A DNA stretch of 61,545 nucleotides, the filler included, from Sphacelaria rigidula (taxonomy: Eukaryota), in assembly GCA_964200075.2 (NCBI GenBank). It is 7 parts of 7 records of this genome, joined end to end, with 100 filler letters (N's around TTAATTAATTAA, not from the genome) between each part and the next. Parts side by side here need not be neighbours in the genome. Positions count along the whole stretch, not along the records: positions 44,035 to 52,740 come from CAXNAA020010320.1; positions 52,841 to 61,545 come from CAXNAA020010321.1; 5 more parts are not named here. One strand, 5' to 3'. Within the stretch, counting starts at the first letter, position 1; each line of letters opens with the position of its first letter. Below are positions 47,626 to 60,300 of this stretch, piece after piece. The notes under the pieces are model-generated. The model saw nothing but the letters and a program-made list of their open reading frames with translations. It was not told the DNA's origin and made no database searches. The translations under genes and the position numbers were made by a program.

Positions 47626-50600
47626 AGAAGCAGGATGATCGTTGGCGGGGTATCTTCCCCCCGTGTTTCTCTTCGTCGGGTTCTCGTTCATTTGGGAGCA
47701 CAAGTGCACCGCTTATGCCGCCAATGTCACGAGAAGACGAGAGTAATGCAGTTGGAAACAATTGATCATTGTCTTGGCCTTAGTCAGCAGCATACACCAG
47801 ACCGTGCGGTGAGCCTTTGACGAGTTAAACAAGGCACACACGTGGGCAAACATCCCCATTGTGGGTCACGTGTATTGACCAGCAAAGGGTGGTGCCGAAA
47901 TCCCTGTGATCATGCAACCCGTAGGATGCACCTGTTACAGGTTTGTCCTTGTGACAGGGATGACAGGGAGAATCATACGAGTACGCACCTCATGTACCTT
48001 TCGACGGCTTAGTACTGTATTTTCAGTACAAGTCAAGCGTTACTTTGCTTGTGGATTTCTCTGCCGTGTCTGCACAAACCAGCCTGAAAATTGGCACAAA
48101 GGTAGACCACAACACAGACAGAATATTCCCGGATCGGCGGCACGTTTTACGCGGTGCGCCAGACGCACGAAGTGAAGACGGATTCTGGGCAATACCATCG
48201 ATACGCCGTCAAAACGGACTCCCCTCAGCCCAGACTGTGTGAGACGCCAGTAAAGGCATATATGGACACGCAGATGCGCTCACTTCCACATAATGACCTG
48301 CTGGGTGGCTCCTGCCCCGGCAAGCAAGCATCGATCCGTATTGGGTACACTCTGGATGATGTCATTCTACGCGACACCTATCTTGGTATCGCCTGTACAG
48401 GTACTCACTTCAGGAGGCTCGGTCGTGCAAGCGCTGTCAGTACTTTTACGCACGATGTATATCATGTACATTTATCATTTCACATTTTCACCGCTTTTGC
48501 CGAGTTTTCTCTGGCGACAAGGCATTTTTTCCCACACGTCCCATTGCAGCGCACCAAGAAGGCTCAGCGGTACATTACCGTTCAGGTTTGGGCGCCATCT
48601 GATGCCTGTGGCGCGTGTTCTGACCACCGGAAGTCGCTCAAACTGGCCCTTTTTCGCGGGGTGTCAATCCTGAACCACAAAAGCTTCTTCAAGATCGTGG
48701 ATAACTTGACAAAATATATTTTCGACTCCCGTCACCCCCGGGAGGCCCGTATCAACCTCCCAAAGGGGAACCTTGTATATATAGATATAGATATAGATAT
48801 AGATATCTGTATATACATGTTACATTTTGTAAGGGGATGAGCGACACTGCAAGGGTGGACAGACGGTATCAAAGGGGTACGTGCCGGATCGCCTCTTTCG
48901 TCACAGTATTTTCAGGCCAATTTATTTACACATCAAACTCCCGACGCGTCGACATGTTTTACAGGAAATATATCACGTACCGTCCAGTGTACGGTGCAAG
49001 GCTCGTTAGAGTTATCAGGATGTCAAGGGGATGAATATATATATATATATACTGACCGGGCGATATGTGGTCACCCACACGGCCCCAATATATTTTGACC
49101 AGCCAATATATTTTCACCCACACGACGCCAACATATACTGACTGGGCAATATATCGTCACCAATGGGAGCCCAGTATGTTTTGGTCGTGCCATATGTCAT
49201 AGTCCACACGCCCCCAATACATGTTGATGGGATAAGATGTGCAGTGTTATTCCTTTTCGACATTATGGAGGCGGTGTTTTGAAAGCTTAGACGTGCAGAG
49301 AATCCGCACCTCGCTTCAGATTACGCCGAAACTTAGACAATGTGTGGATTGGTATTAGAGGAACATGTCACAGTCACAGCTGCTGCAGCGGAAGTCGCTG
49401 AGGACCCGGTCTGCATTGATACGGTGGATACCTACGATGCATGGGATTAATTTCTTCAACACCGTACTGTCTAACGACGATTTTAGTGGGTACAGGTACA
49501 GTTAAGCACGCAGGCTGCGACGGATCCTGCCGGCCTCGCATCAATCTTCGCCCAGTTATGGATGAATGCCCAAAGAAACCCAGCAAAAAAGCATCGTTTA
49601 TGGTCCGCTATATATGTGAGGGTTGGGAGCTGAACGTTTCCGCTCCAGAAACAGGCTAACAATCAAAGGTTAAACTCCTGTCGCGCGACATGTGGGTAAT
49701 GCCACGGACCCTTGCCGGCGTACCTGGCCCTGGGTGGGGGCGACATCCCGGTGCAGACGGTCCCACCACTACCGGAACGGCCGTGCAAACAGGCCGGCAG
49801 TCGGAATCAATTCAGAGTACGGCCGCACAACCTTTGCACGCGAATATTTCGGTGATTGCCCCATTACCACTTCGGCAATATGCTGTAAATTATTTCATGA
49901 TCTCACCGCCCAACATATGTGGAAATGTACTACACCCTGGACGAGAGCTTTTCACCATAAGTATACAAATTAAAACAATGTACTGCGCATGGTATGGAAT
50001 CTTTTGCCTACTGCGAAGTGCGCAATACTCGTAGTGGAAACTACGTGCAGTATCACTTCAAGGCAGTGCATAAATCTCCACGGTATGAATTGTTACAGCC
50101 GGCTTGTGCACCATGGCGGCTGTGTTACTATACAGCTCCGCCCAAGATGCAGGCAGGCATTTTAGTGGCAGAGGCGGCTTTTTACTCCTGCGTGCGCCAC
50201 CCAGGGCAAATGCACGCTTAGCTGTAACACCAACCGGCGGAGCGGAGGGTGGTACACCACGTACACACAGGCATCAATCAGTATCATACACATATACTGT
50301 ATACAAGTGTAATTCGAGATCCTTGCGCGCTGGATGGAGCCGGCATGTAGACAACTCTGCACAACTACGCCGTGTACTACCGTGACGCAGCCTCTTTTCA
50401 GTAGCAATCGCTTGCGATGTGTGCTGTGACGGGTGTCGTGCGTGATGCCGCTTCATCCACCCCCGCACACCGCCCGTGAAGCGGGCTCTTGATGCTGGAA
50501 GTGTCCACCCCTCTTCACGTGGTGTTTACTCAACATCACCCTCTACGGAGAAGAAAAGTGCTGAGTTGGGGATGCGTACGGTGTAAGCTGTCGGTAGGTA

Positions 50601-52104
50601 TCGATGCAAGCAGTCGGTGAGAAGCCGATTCAGATTTTGTTTGGATGTACTCGGTGCTCCTACGGTGCGCGCGTGCAGTCAAATAATGTACTGTGGAACA
50701 GTTACTCCTTTCGGGACCGGGACTTAAGAACGACCAATGAGGCTGGTTGGGAATGACGTGTCTGGCGTCTGCACGAAACAGTGGCGTATTGCTGAAAATC
50801 TGCGTACGTAACCGCAGGGTTATGAGGAAGACGGAAACTTCCAAAGTTCCATCTAGTCTATTTTCAGGCGCAGGGTGCGCATTAGGTACTGAACATATGA
50901 TGTAGCAAGTAGTATGGGTCGCGGTAGAGAGCTTTCAACAGGATGCGGCGACCGGCGGGCCGCCCGCCACTTGTGGCTTCGGGTGGTATTATCGTCCCCA
51001 TCACCTTGCCACACAGCTCTTTGTAGTCGGGGTGGGGCGCCATTTCGTTCTTTGTTGCATGCGACAAATTCTTTTCAAAGGGTATGAGCGTTGCGGCGCG
51101 CATACATACAGTGCAGTACAGTGCAACACGCCTCTTCGACTGGAGCAGCAGCTGCCGCTGCATACTCCCTTGCACGTCCTGGGCAGTTCTCAGCGATGGA
51201 GATCAGCTTCCTATACACAGGTTGTTCATTCCTGCCCACTACATACACGCTCACAGTGTTCTGCAAGCCATCGGCAGAGAGATAAGCAGACTTCATGACG
51301 GTAGCTCCTTTTGCCTGTCCATCTGGGTTTAGTGCCTCGTGAAAATAACCATTTTGTGGCGTGTACACACTCCTTCCCGGTTTCCCCCCTCTACCCTGTG
51401 TTAGTGTAATTACTACGTTTTAATATAGGCGGGCGACCCGAAAAAAATCCTGGGAAACCGCGTGAACGCTATACTGGATGCAAGTAATACGATAAGCATC
51501 CTGGCTTTAGAAACCTGGGAAAGCTTATCTGGGACAGGGATAGGGCCCCCACACGATCCTTGCAGTGACATCACACTCGGCAACAGTCCCCGCGCTGGTA
51601 GTTCGGGTCTGGTCGATGAATTTCGCCTCGCCGTGATCGGGCAGGTCACTCCCTGACTTACTTTTTTATTATTTCACTACCACATGGTCAACCCCGTGTT
51701 AGTGGGGGGTCGGTCCGAAAAGGGTTAATTCGTATCTGTCTTTCTTACAGAGTGCATATTTCTTGTATATGAGTGGCATGCAGGTGAACATGAAACTTGT
51801 ACGACTTAGATCATGTTAGCTCGAGGTATGATGCGCTTGTGCCCTGGGTGCACAACAGTAGACGCCGGTAATGCCGCATCGGACTGCTCTCCGTCACTGG
51901 ACCACCGTCAAGCTGGAAGTACGAACGGCTCTGGCTTGTCGGTTGCACTGTTTATCTTTCACGTCAAGGTTAAGACAGAGCGTATTGGAACAAACGATTC
52001 CATCATGATTCATTTTTCACTTCATTGCAGTATAGGCATAAACTTCAACCTTCACGCGTCTAAACTACAGCGCGGAGAGACATTTACGCTAATAATATAT
52101 CTTG

Positions 52105-52398
52105 ATAATAATACTACAAGTATGATGATGACAATGACAATGACAACGATAACGATAACGACATTGACAATGTCGATGAAAGTGAAAATGGTAGAAATGA
52201 ATAAAATAATAACGACAATGATGACGATAATAATGATGATAATGGGAACTTATAGATGATCGTGATAATGACAATGATAATGAAGTACTAATAATAGCGA
52301 TAATAATAGCAATTCAATTGCTACAACAATAATACTGACAGCGACATAGTAATACATACATACATACATACATACATACATACATACATACATACATA
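52105..52398. repeat. Low-complexity (GAT/AAT/GAC)n tract followed by (CATA)n microsatellite
   Basis: Direct reading. Other microsatellites: (GGCAAGA)n 9114-9141, (ATC)n 45203-45245, (AT)n 45521-45547, (ATAGAT)n 48778-48805. Confidence 0.9.
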
Positions 52399-52697
52399 CC
52401 CGACCGGGTGATGCCGTGATAGCCCCCCCCCCCCCCCCCCCAAAACAAACATTGAGAAGAAAATGGCCAATGAGCGCATGACGGCTGGTTTCGGAATGCG
52501 CGAGGCGCCTCATGTGGACGATATTGGCGAAGCGGACCCGAGCGTGCGAATTCCCCGCTGCTCCCTATGTTCGGCTTTTTTTCATCTTGATGTACATGTA
52601 AATTTTGCCTCCTCAAACCAGCCACTTTATCTTCTTCGTTTTCTTTGGGGGGGGGGGGGGGGGGGGGGCGGGGGGGGTTTTGGGGGGCGGCGGGGGC

Positions 52698-52728
<31 letters not shown>

Positions 52729-52914
52729 CAAAAAAAAAAANNNNNNNNNNNNNNNNNNNNNNNNNNNNNNNNNNNNNNNNNNNNTTAATTAATTAANNNN
52801 NNNNNNNNNNNNNNNNNNNNNNNNNNNNNNNNNNNNNNNNCGTGCTCCGTCCCGGCATTGTAGGGATGCGAGGTCAATGGTCTGATGACTATGGCATGCA
52901 TAATCATGAGTACA

Positions 52915-53200
52915 ATGTCACCCCCAGCTGTTTCGCCGTTTCTCGTAACAAACCCTTGTGCAGGTGCCCGTGTGACTGGTGAAACAAATTCATGTCCACC
53001 TGATTACGGTCAACAGGCATCTTGCCCGGGGCAAGGGCGTCAGCTCGCGCGGATTCATCGGGATCAAACTGATGGGTTTTCGACAAACAGATGGATGACA
53101 GGCTACGACGGGTTACGGTCACGACATCATTTCTGCCATCCTTTTCAAAAAGCACTTTCTTTCCACCGGGCAACGTGATTTCAGTGCCCTTTCTCGTCAG
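52915..53200 (-). pseudogene. Ty1/Copia polyprotein fragment (GAG-pre-integrase region)
   Basis: ...QVDMNLFHQSHGHLHKGLLRETAKQLGVTL has the H-x3-G-H GAG-pre-integrase motif. Truncated by the TGTAC element at 52914. Confidence 0.7.
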
Positions 53201-53212
53201 TCTAATCGGCAA

Positions 53213-54535
53213 CCCATGCTATGCGCGACGCCGGGCATCGTGGTGTGGCTGCGACGCTCGTGCGCTTGCAAGAGTTTTGTGTCTGGCAGGGGATAGAAAC
53301 TCATGTGCGCGATTTTTTCCGCTTGTGTCTTCACTGTGATGGCTCTAGGGCGGGCGATGTTGTTCCCCGCCCGAGCGAAACGGTCCATGGGACCATGCCG
53401 AACAAAGTCGTTCGTTTTGACTTCTCGTACGTGGACGAGAGTGGCCCATTAGCTGCCCAAGGTTTGTCGGAGGACGCTGCGATTCGATACATTTTGGTAA
53501 TCACGGATGATTTGAGCAACTTCGTGCCTCTAGAATCAGTAGCAGTGTGTACTGCTGAATCGACTGCTGCATCTTTGCTAAAGTGGTGCAAAACTTTGGG
53601 AGTGCAGCGTGTGTGGGTGAGTGATACCGCCACGCATTTCAAGAATGCGATCTAGGTGCGATTGCGAGAGGCTTTGCGCCTTGAACACCACTTTGCGGTG
53701 GCGTATTCTCCGTGATCTAACGGCACGAGCGAACGCATGGTCAAGGAAGTAGTTTGTGCTCTTCGCTATATCCTTCTCGAGAAGCCTTGAGCGGTTTCCG
53801 AGTGGGTGGACGTGTTGCCTGCGGTGCAATGGGCGCTAAATACAGCGTATGTATCGTCGTCGTTACGATAGTACGCCGTACCACGTGATGTTTGGTCGTG
53901 CTCCTCGGACGTCTTTCTCGGTGCTGGCGTCTTCGTCGGCGGGGGAATGGAAGTGTGATGTTTTGGACGATGTTCAAATTAAGAGTGCATTGCAAGGAGT
54001 CTTGGACTTGCAAGGACATTTCCATGTTCAAGTGCAAGAACGTGCTGTCGCTAAACGTGCGCGTAGACGTGAGGGGTTCCCGTCGGCGCTGGATCTGCCG
54101 AATTTTGAGATAGGCGACCATGTCTTGTATGCACGCGTGCATCGTCCGGGTGTTACGCCTAAGTTGATGGCGACGTGGACTAGTCCATGGAGAGTGGTTG
54201 ATGCTCACCACCCGCACGTGTTTGAGATTCAGAACATTGCTTCGCGTCATGTTCAGACCGCGTATGTAGCTCGTTTGCGTTTTTATGCAAACTCGCAGCT
54301 TCATGTTACGGCTGACGTTAAGGACGTATTCCAGCACGCTTTTAATCAGGTGCACTTTCAGATGGCTTGTATTGTCCGAGTGAAAGAAGCAGACGCCCGT
54401 TCGTTGATCGTGTTGGTCGACTGGGTTGGTCTCGAAGTCGAGGAGCATACGTGGGAACATTTCACGGATATTTTTGAGGCCGCTCCGGAATTTATTGCGC
54501 GTGACTCGTGCCGTTGCTGCTCGCATTACGAGTGA
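53213..54535 (+). pseudogene. Ty3/Gypsy integrase plus chromodomain, degenerate
   Basis: HHCC zinc finger (HAMRDAGHRG...CLHC); core (FDF, ITDDLSNFV, VSDTATHF, AYSP*SNGTSER); TPYHVMFG; GPY/F-like KLMATWTSPWRV; chromo-like VLVDWVGLEVEEHTWE. Several stops and a frameshift at ~53850. Confidence 0.92.
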
Positions 54536-54630
54536 GTTTGGTATTCAATTGTGACTTACTCATCGTTCTTTTGCATTTTCTATGTGTTAAGCTTGTTGAT
54601 GAATTTTCGTCCAACGCGCTCTGGGGGTGC

Positions 54631-54897
54631 TGTGACGAAAATACGCCGTGACGTTGAGTTGATAGTGATGATATGGATAATGACTGGGGGCACGGAGATT
54701 CTGAAGGATTGTGGATAATGACCGGGGACACGGGGATGATCATCTGCAGGTCTAGAACGGCTGGTGCCTTGGAAGGTCACTCCCGATGATATGATATGAG
54801 ATGTTGTAAAGGCTGAGAACTGAAACTGAGGCCAGTGAGACTGGGGAGTCAATCCCTCAACAGCAGTGATCCACCAGTCCTTCTGACTGGCGTCACA
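54631..54897 (+). mobile_element. 3' LTR of the plus-strand Gypsy element
   Basis: tgtgacg...cgtcaca inverted ends, preceded by G-rich PPT-like ctgggggtgc, about 100 bp after the pol stop. Confidence 0.8.
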
Positions 54898-56026
54898 AGT
54901 ATTACTGAGAGTGCTTACTCCATATTTGAGTAAAGTATTTGAGGTCGCACTCGATCTACTAAAAAATTGAGTCGAGTTTGTGAGGCCATACTAAACCTAC
55001 TCAGAATGTGAGTAGAGTATTTGAGGCCGTACTCGACCTACTCAAATATTGAGTAGAGTATTGAGGTCGTACCCAAGTGATACTCTATACTCAGGTATTA
55101 CTGAGGGCTCACTCAAAATTTGAGTAGAGTATTTGAGGTCGTACTCGATCTACTCAAAACTTGAGTAGAGTGCTTGGGGCCGTACTCGATCTACTCAAAA
55201 ATTGAGTAGAGTTTTTGAGGCCGTACTCGACCTACTCAAAATTTGAGTAGAGTATATGAGCCCGTACTCGACCCACTTAAAACTTTGAGTAGAGTATTTG
55301 CGATCATACTCAATCTACTCAACGTTTGAGTATAGTATTTGCGGTCAAACTCAATCTACCCGAAAGTTGGGTAGAGTATCTGAGGCCGGATCCGATGTAC
55401 CGAAAACCTAGAACTTTAACATCAGTATCCAATTTCGTACGCAAGATACTCAAACTCGGGTAGAGGGAATACCGAGATATTTCCAGAGTTGCCCACCCAT
55501 GATGAGCGCTGATTCAAGATCGAACTTCAGCAAACATTCGGATACAGTGTATTTGAGAGAGCATTTGGATCAGAACCAAATGGTACAAAACTAGGGTAGA
55601 AAGAATATTGGGGTACTGTCGAAGGGCATTCGAATCATACCGTGTAGACTGGCGGGGGTACTGGAAAGCGTAAAAATCATATCGAAGTGTTGGGTAGTCA
55701 AAGTCTTGCACTGTTCATTCACCTGCACGCTTTTAAAATTGTTTTATGGCCATCATTCGCTCAAATTCCTTGTAGTCTGTAACGTAACACCATCCATCTA
55801 GTTGATGGTCATCGTTCGCCCATGCATTCAACGTAGTCTGTGGAGTAACGTCACGAAGTCGCCAATGGTCACGGATACTCACCAAACCCAAGTGGTTCTC
55901 TATGACCAAGTATTACTGAGAGGGCTTACTCAATATTTAAGCAGATTATTTGAGGCCGTACTCGATTTACTCAAAATTTGCGTGGAGTATGTGAGGCCGT
56001 ACTCGACCTACTCAAAATTTGAGTAG
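54898..56026. repeat. ~45-bp TACTC/GAGTA minisatellite (blocks 54898-55460 and 55908-56026)
   Basis: Unit gagtagagtatttgaggccgtactcgacctactcaaaattt is repeated more than 10 times and is internally palindromic. Confidence 0.85.
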
Positions 56027-56531
56027 TGTAATGAGGTTATGCTGCTGTATACGGCAAGAACAGGCTCAGTAGGCAAGGGGACAGTCAACAGACCGTACAG
56101 CCAAGCCACAAGGTACTGTTCAGTGTACGCTCGCACTGTATACCAGTCTCGCACTGATGTGTCCAAGGATACCAAAATGTCACGCGCAGGTATGATGTTA
56201 TCACTTTGTTTGTTTGGTCTCAACCTCACAATATCCGACCTCTCAATCCAGTCTCTCAATCCAATCAGTCTCACCGGTGTTAGACTTCTTTGCTTGGAGA
56301 GGGGAGTAGATGATAGTGCTTGGATGCGTACGGTGCATCCAAGAGTTTCCCTATTCTATCCTTATATACAAGTTCACACTCGTATCTGACAAACTCTGAA
56401 CAGACCTCCAGTCTTCAAACTAGCCTGGACCAGATATAAAAGCCGGACTCATCGACGGGTCTGAGGCGGCATGACAACAGACTAGTATGCTTCCTAATGA
56501 CAATAACCCACCCAGGCGAACCTTTATTACA
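56027..56531 (-). mobile_element. Probable 3' LTR of the minus-strand Gypsy element
   Basis: tgtaat...attaca inverted ends. Abruptly terminates the minisatellite. Flanks agtag/gctgc differ, so it is not a solo LTR. Lies downstream of the minus-strand pol. Confidence 0.6.
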
Positions 56532-56584
56532 GCTGCAAGGATTTTATCCTCAAAGTAGCGAAACCTTAAGGTTTTTCTTCACTC

Positions 56585-56845
56585 GAGTCATCCTACGATA
56601 GGGGGGGGGATATTTTGGGCCACTTCTTGCACGAAGTTTGGAGTCAAGTCGTCGTTGAAAGCAGCAACGGTTATTCGAACGAGCTTGTTGTGGATTCATA
56701 ACGCTCATCCATACTGCCTGACACCGTTTGAAACCAAATACAAGCGCAACGCAAGTGTGGCAGGTCGTCTGAGGTCGTCTGACACACTTATGAGCCTCTT
56801 TTTTCGTGCAACCAAACACCCCCCTCCCCTATCGTAGGATGACTC
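56585..56845. mobile_element. Complete 261-bp MITE with GAG...CTC TIRs and 4-bp TSD (Sola-like)
   Basis: TIR gagtcatcctacgatagggg / cccctatcgtaggatgactc. TSD actc at 56581-56584 and 56846-56849. Confidence 0.9.
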
Positions 56846-57376
56846 ACTCGTAAAACTTTACTCATGAAGTCATCAGCGGCTAATAAAGCATACCTCAGGA
56901 GATACTTCCGTACCACTCCCACACCTCAAAATGAGGGAAGCATATACTGCTTCGAGAAGCAGAAATACTGCTTCGAAACGTGGAAGCACAAACTGCTTCT
57001 GCATGCTAGCGATCGACGAAGAGGCACAAAATGCTTCGGCGTCCTAGCAAAACTGAGGGGGGAAACATGGCGTTACAACAAGGAGCAGAGCTTCAACCTG
57101 AGGAATCCAAGGAGAAAAAACGGCAAGATCAGTATGCGACCAACAGGTTGGTAGGAAGCAAAATCTGAAAATCGGTGATCCAACGAGATCGAGCGCCAGC
57201 CGGAAGGGGATACTAGAGCTCCAGTCGTCGTAGATGGTGGGTGGCTCCAGTAGTTCTTCGATCGTCGTCCGATCTAGGTGGTCCTGTTGTGGATGTTGTA
57301 GAGTAGGATCCTAGTGGAGAAGGGAGGGTAAACAATACCAAAGAAGGGAGGGAAAGTTGCAGTGAAGGAGCGTGGT

Positions 57377-60300
57377 TCAAAGCGGTGCGTGGACGTCGTG
57401 GGTGTGGTCGATGTTGCGCTGGAGGCCGCGGCAAAATCCTTTGGACTTGAGGCGCTGAAGGCACCAGGATCCGCGTGGTGCAGATGGGCTGGTGGTGTAT
57501 AGTGCTGGCCGGAGCTTGAGCAGTATGGGTCCAGGGCCATCGATGAAGCGCACGATGTATGTGTCGGCAGAAACCAGGTTGGCGGAGTGGGTCTGGCCCA
57601 ACCACCAGAGGCTGTCGCTGCCTTTGAACCAAAGTTAGCTGCCCTTGGGCAGTATTCGCTGGTTTGCGAAAAACTTTGTCTTACAAGTCTTGGTGGGTAC
57701 AAGTCCGTGACCATCGGCGACGAAGCGCAGTCCCTGATCGCGGTGAAGTTCGCGGGCTGCGGCGCCACGACGCATGTTGCGATATTTCTTGTTGTGAGCA
57801 AGATACTGATGTTGGGATTGCGTCCAGTACAGAAGGATTGCACGGCGGTGCAATTGAAGGTCGGAGTCGCGTTCCCAAGACGCTCTCCGAAGACCGTCTC
57901 AGTGGGTCTTATACATGACAGCAATTTTGCGACCTCGACCACAGGTTATCCGGCGGCCGGAGATGGTGGACACGGTCAATTGGAGGGGCTGTTCCGTCAC
58001 GTCGTCGGTGCTAACATGTTAGGGCGGGGACTTGGTCGAGTAGCTGTTGAGAACATAGTGTGTGAGTCCGGCAGGCAGGTACTTGGACATGTCGCTTGTG
58101 TCATGCGGGTTCGTGCAGGGTTTGCATCCCTGCACAGAGACGCGGGGTTTGGTGTCCTTGCCCTGGAAGTCGCGAGGCAGGTCGAGATAGAGCAGTTTGT
58201 CACCAACAGATTCATCATCCGGTGATGATGGCGATGGTTCGACTGTCAGGATCTTGAATGGTCCTGTCCAATTGAGGGACAATTTTGTCTTCAAAATTGT
58301 TTCGTTGGCTGCCTTGCTGGTGCCTTGGCGGACGGTCGACAAACTGTTGTAGATCCAAACCAATCACCAAATTTCCAGTTGGGGCTTTTGTGCATGAGGT
58401 TGTAGAAAGCAGTGCTAGATCTCTCCAGGCGCGAGGCGTTGATGGCGTGTTGTTCGCTCACGAGGGTAAACGCTTTGCGTTGTCGTGAATGCGCTGGCTC
58501 GTGATAGGATATCTGATCCTGATCCAATCCTCGCTGGTCATCGAACGTGTGTCGCTCAAACACGGTGATGAGCAGCCGAGGGTAACGTCCAAGATGAAGA
58601 TCGTTCGGAGAAAGGCCGGTAGCGGCGTTAAGCGAGTTGTTGTAGGACAACATGATGTGCGAGAAATGTAGCTCCCAATCATTTTGGCGGTCATTGACAC
58701 CCATAGAGAGCATCTGGGCCATGGTGTGATTAACTCTTTCGGTACCAACGTTACCGTTCGGGTGGTAGGCGCTCGTGGCAATTTTACGGATGCTCAGGAG
58801 CTTGTAAAACTCATCAGAAAGGTCTGAGAAAAATTGCTGACCATTGTCTGAAAGGAGTCGCTTCGGGTAACCGTAGTGCTTAATGTAATCGTGGACCAAT
58901 GTGTCGGCCGTGCCGACGGTAGTGAAGTCAGCAGCGGTTACCTCGTACATGGACGCGCGGCGGCTGAAGCGGTCAGTGAGAACAAGATGTAGGTGTTGCC
59001 GCGACGTGTGGTCAGTAGAGGGCCAAAGTAGTCAAAGGACACAAGGTGGGCTGGTGCGTTGAGGAGTCCCATGGAGATGACTGGCCAGCGTACTGTCTGC
59101 CGTGAAGTCTTTCGGACTTGGCATTTGAAGCATCGCCGAATCCAGAGGCGGGTGGAAATTTCCATGCCAACCCACCAGTAGAAGCGTTCCAAGAGATGTA
59201 GGATGCGGGTGATCCCAAGGTGACATGACAAGTCTGTGTGACAGCCTTTCATGACCCAGGGGCGAATCAGGAATGGGACATATTTGCGCGTTGGTTCGTC
59301 ATTGAGTAGTCCTACGTGGCGTCCCGTAGTTGAGACGAAAATTGCGCCCGTCAAAGGCGTGGGGCGACGCACGAGTAGTTGTACACCTTTTTTGGTGGTA
59401 CAAAGGGTGCCTTCACGCACGAATGCGTATACGTCAGAGATATCTGGTGGGGGCAGTTTGCCAACCGGGGCCAGAGGGGCGGATGAAAAAGGGACTGGAC
59501 AGTCAAGTTGTAAATACCGGATGGCTGCGCCACATAACGGTTCCGCATTTTGTTCGTGAGCCCAATCACGGTGAGAGTAGCTGGCGAGAAACTCGCGTAG
59601 TTGACCTTCCGCTGGCGAGCCGACCAAACATGGTGGGGTAGGCAGCGGGGGAATAGACGACGGGACAGGAATATCGACGTCAATATCTGTCCCGGGAGCA
59701 GGAGCTGAGTCGACAGCTCCATGCTCCGGAGCGGTAGATGTTGGTGGCGCCGTTACGGGCGGCGGGGCGGTATCAGTGCGCGGCGAAGATTGTCCGCAGC
59801 GCGTGGTGCATGCTGCAGGAGTTTCGCGGAGCGTTGCATGCTGATCCGTGGGACCGGTGCTGCGTGGCTCGTTGAATTTGCACTTGTTATCGGTAGTGGC
59901 GGGGCACTCGGGGGGGTGGTGCGGGCGGCAGACCGAGAGCGCGTGTTGTCGGAGATTGGGTGGGTGACCGAACGTGTTTCCGTCAAGAGCTTCGCGCGAG
60001 TACCGGAAGTGCGGACATCGACAAAATCAGAGGTAGTGGGCGCTAACCCACCCAAGACGGCGTAATATGGTAGAGGGCGGAATCCTCCAATATGCATATC
60101 AGTTTCTTGGCACTGAAGGTCGAGGGCGTAAACGGGCGTTGAAAAACGTCTAATCGGGTAAATTCCAGGTTCATCGAGTTCCGTTAGACGGCAAGCCGGG
60201 CTGGAATCTGCGGCCGTAGGCAGCCGGGGTAGTCGAGAAAAACAAACAGCGTTCCCGTTAGTTTACCTGGACGGTGCTTAATGGTATGCTGGTATGCTGT

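Noticed and set aside
47300-48720. THAP-like zinc finger or real genes in the duplicated 169-aa/228-aa ORFs
   Set aside because: Only a vague LP...RQKW resemblance on the minus strand, with stops and no C2CH signature. Kept as a repeat only.
51813-52796. ORFs rich in M/T/I, H/Y/C, G or K runs
   Set aside because: Translations of microsatellites and low-quality homopolymers at a contig end.
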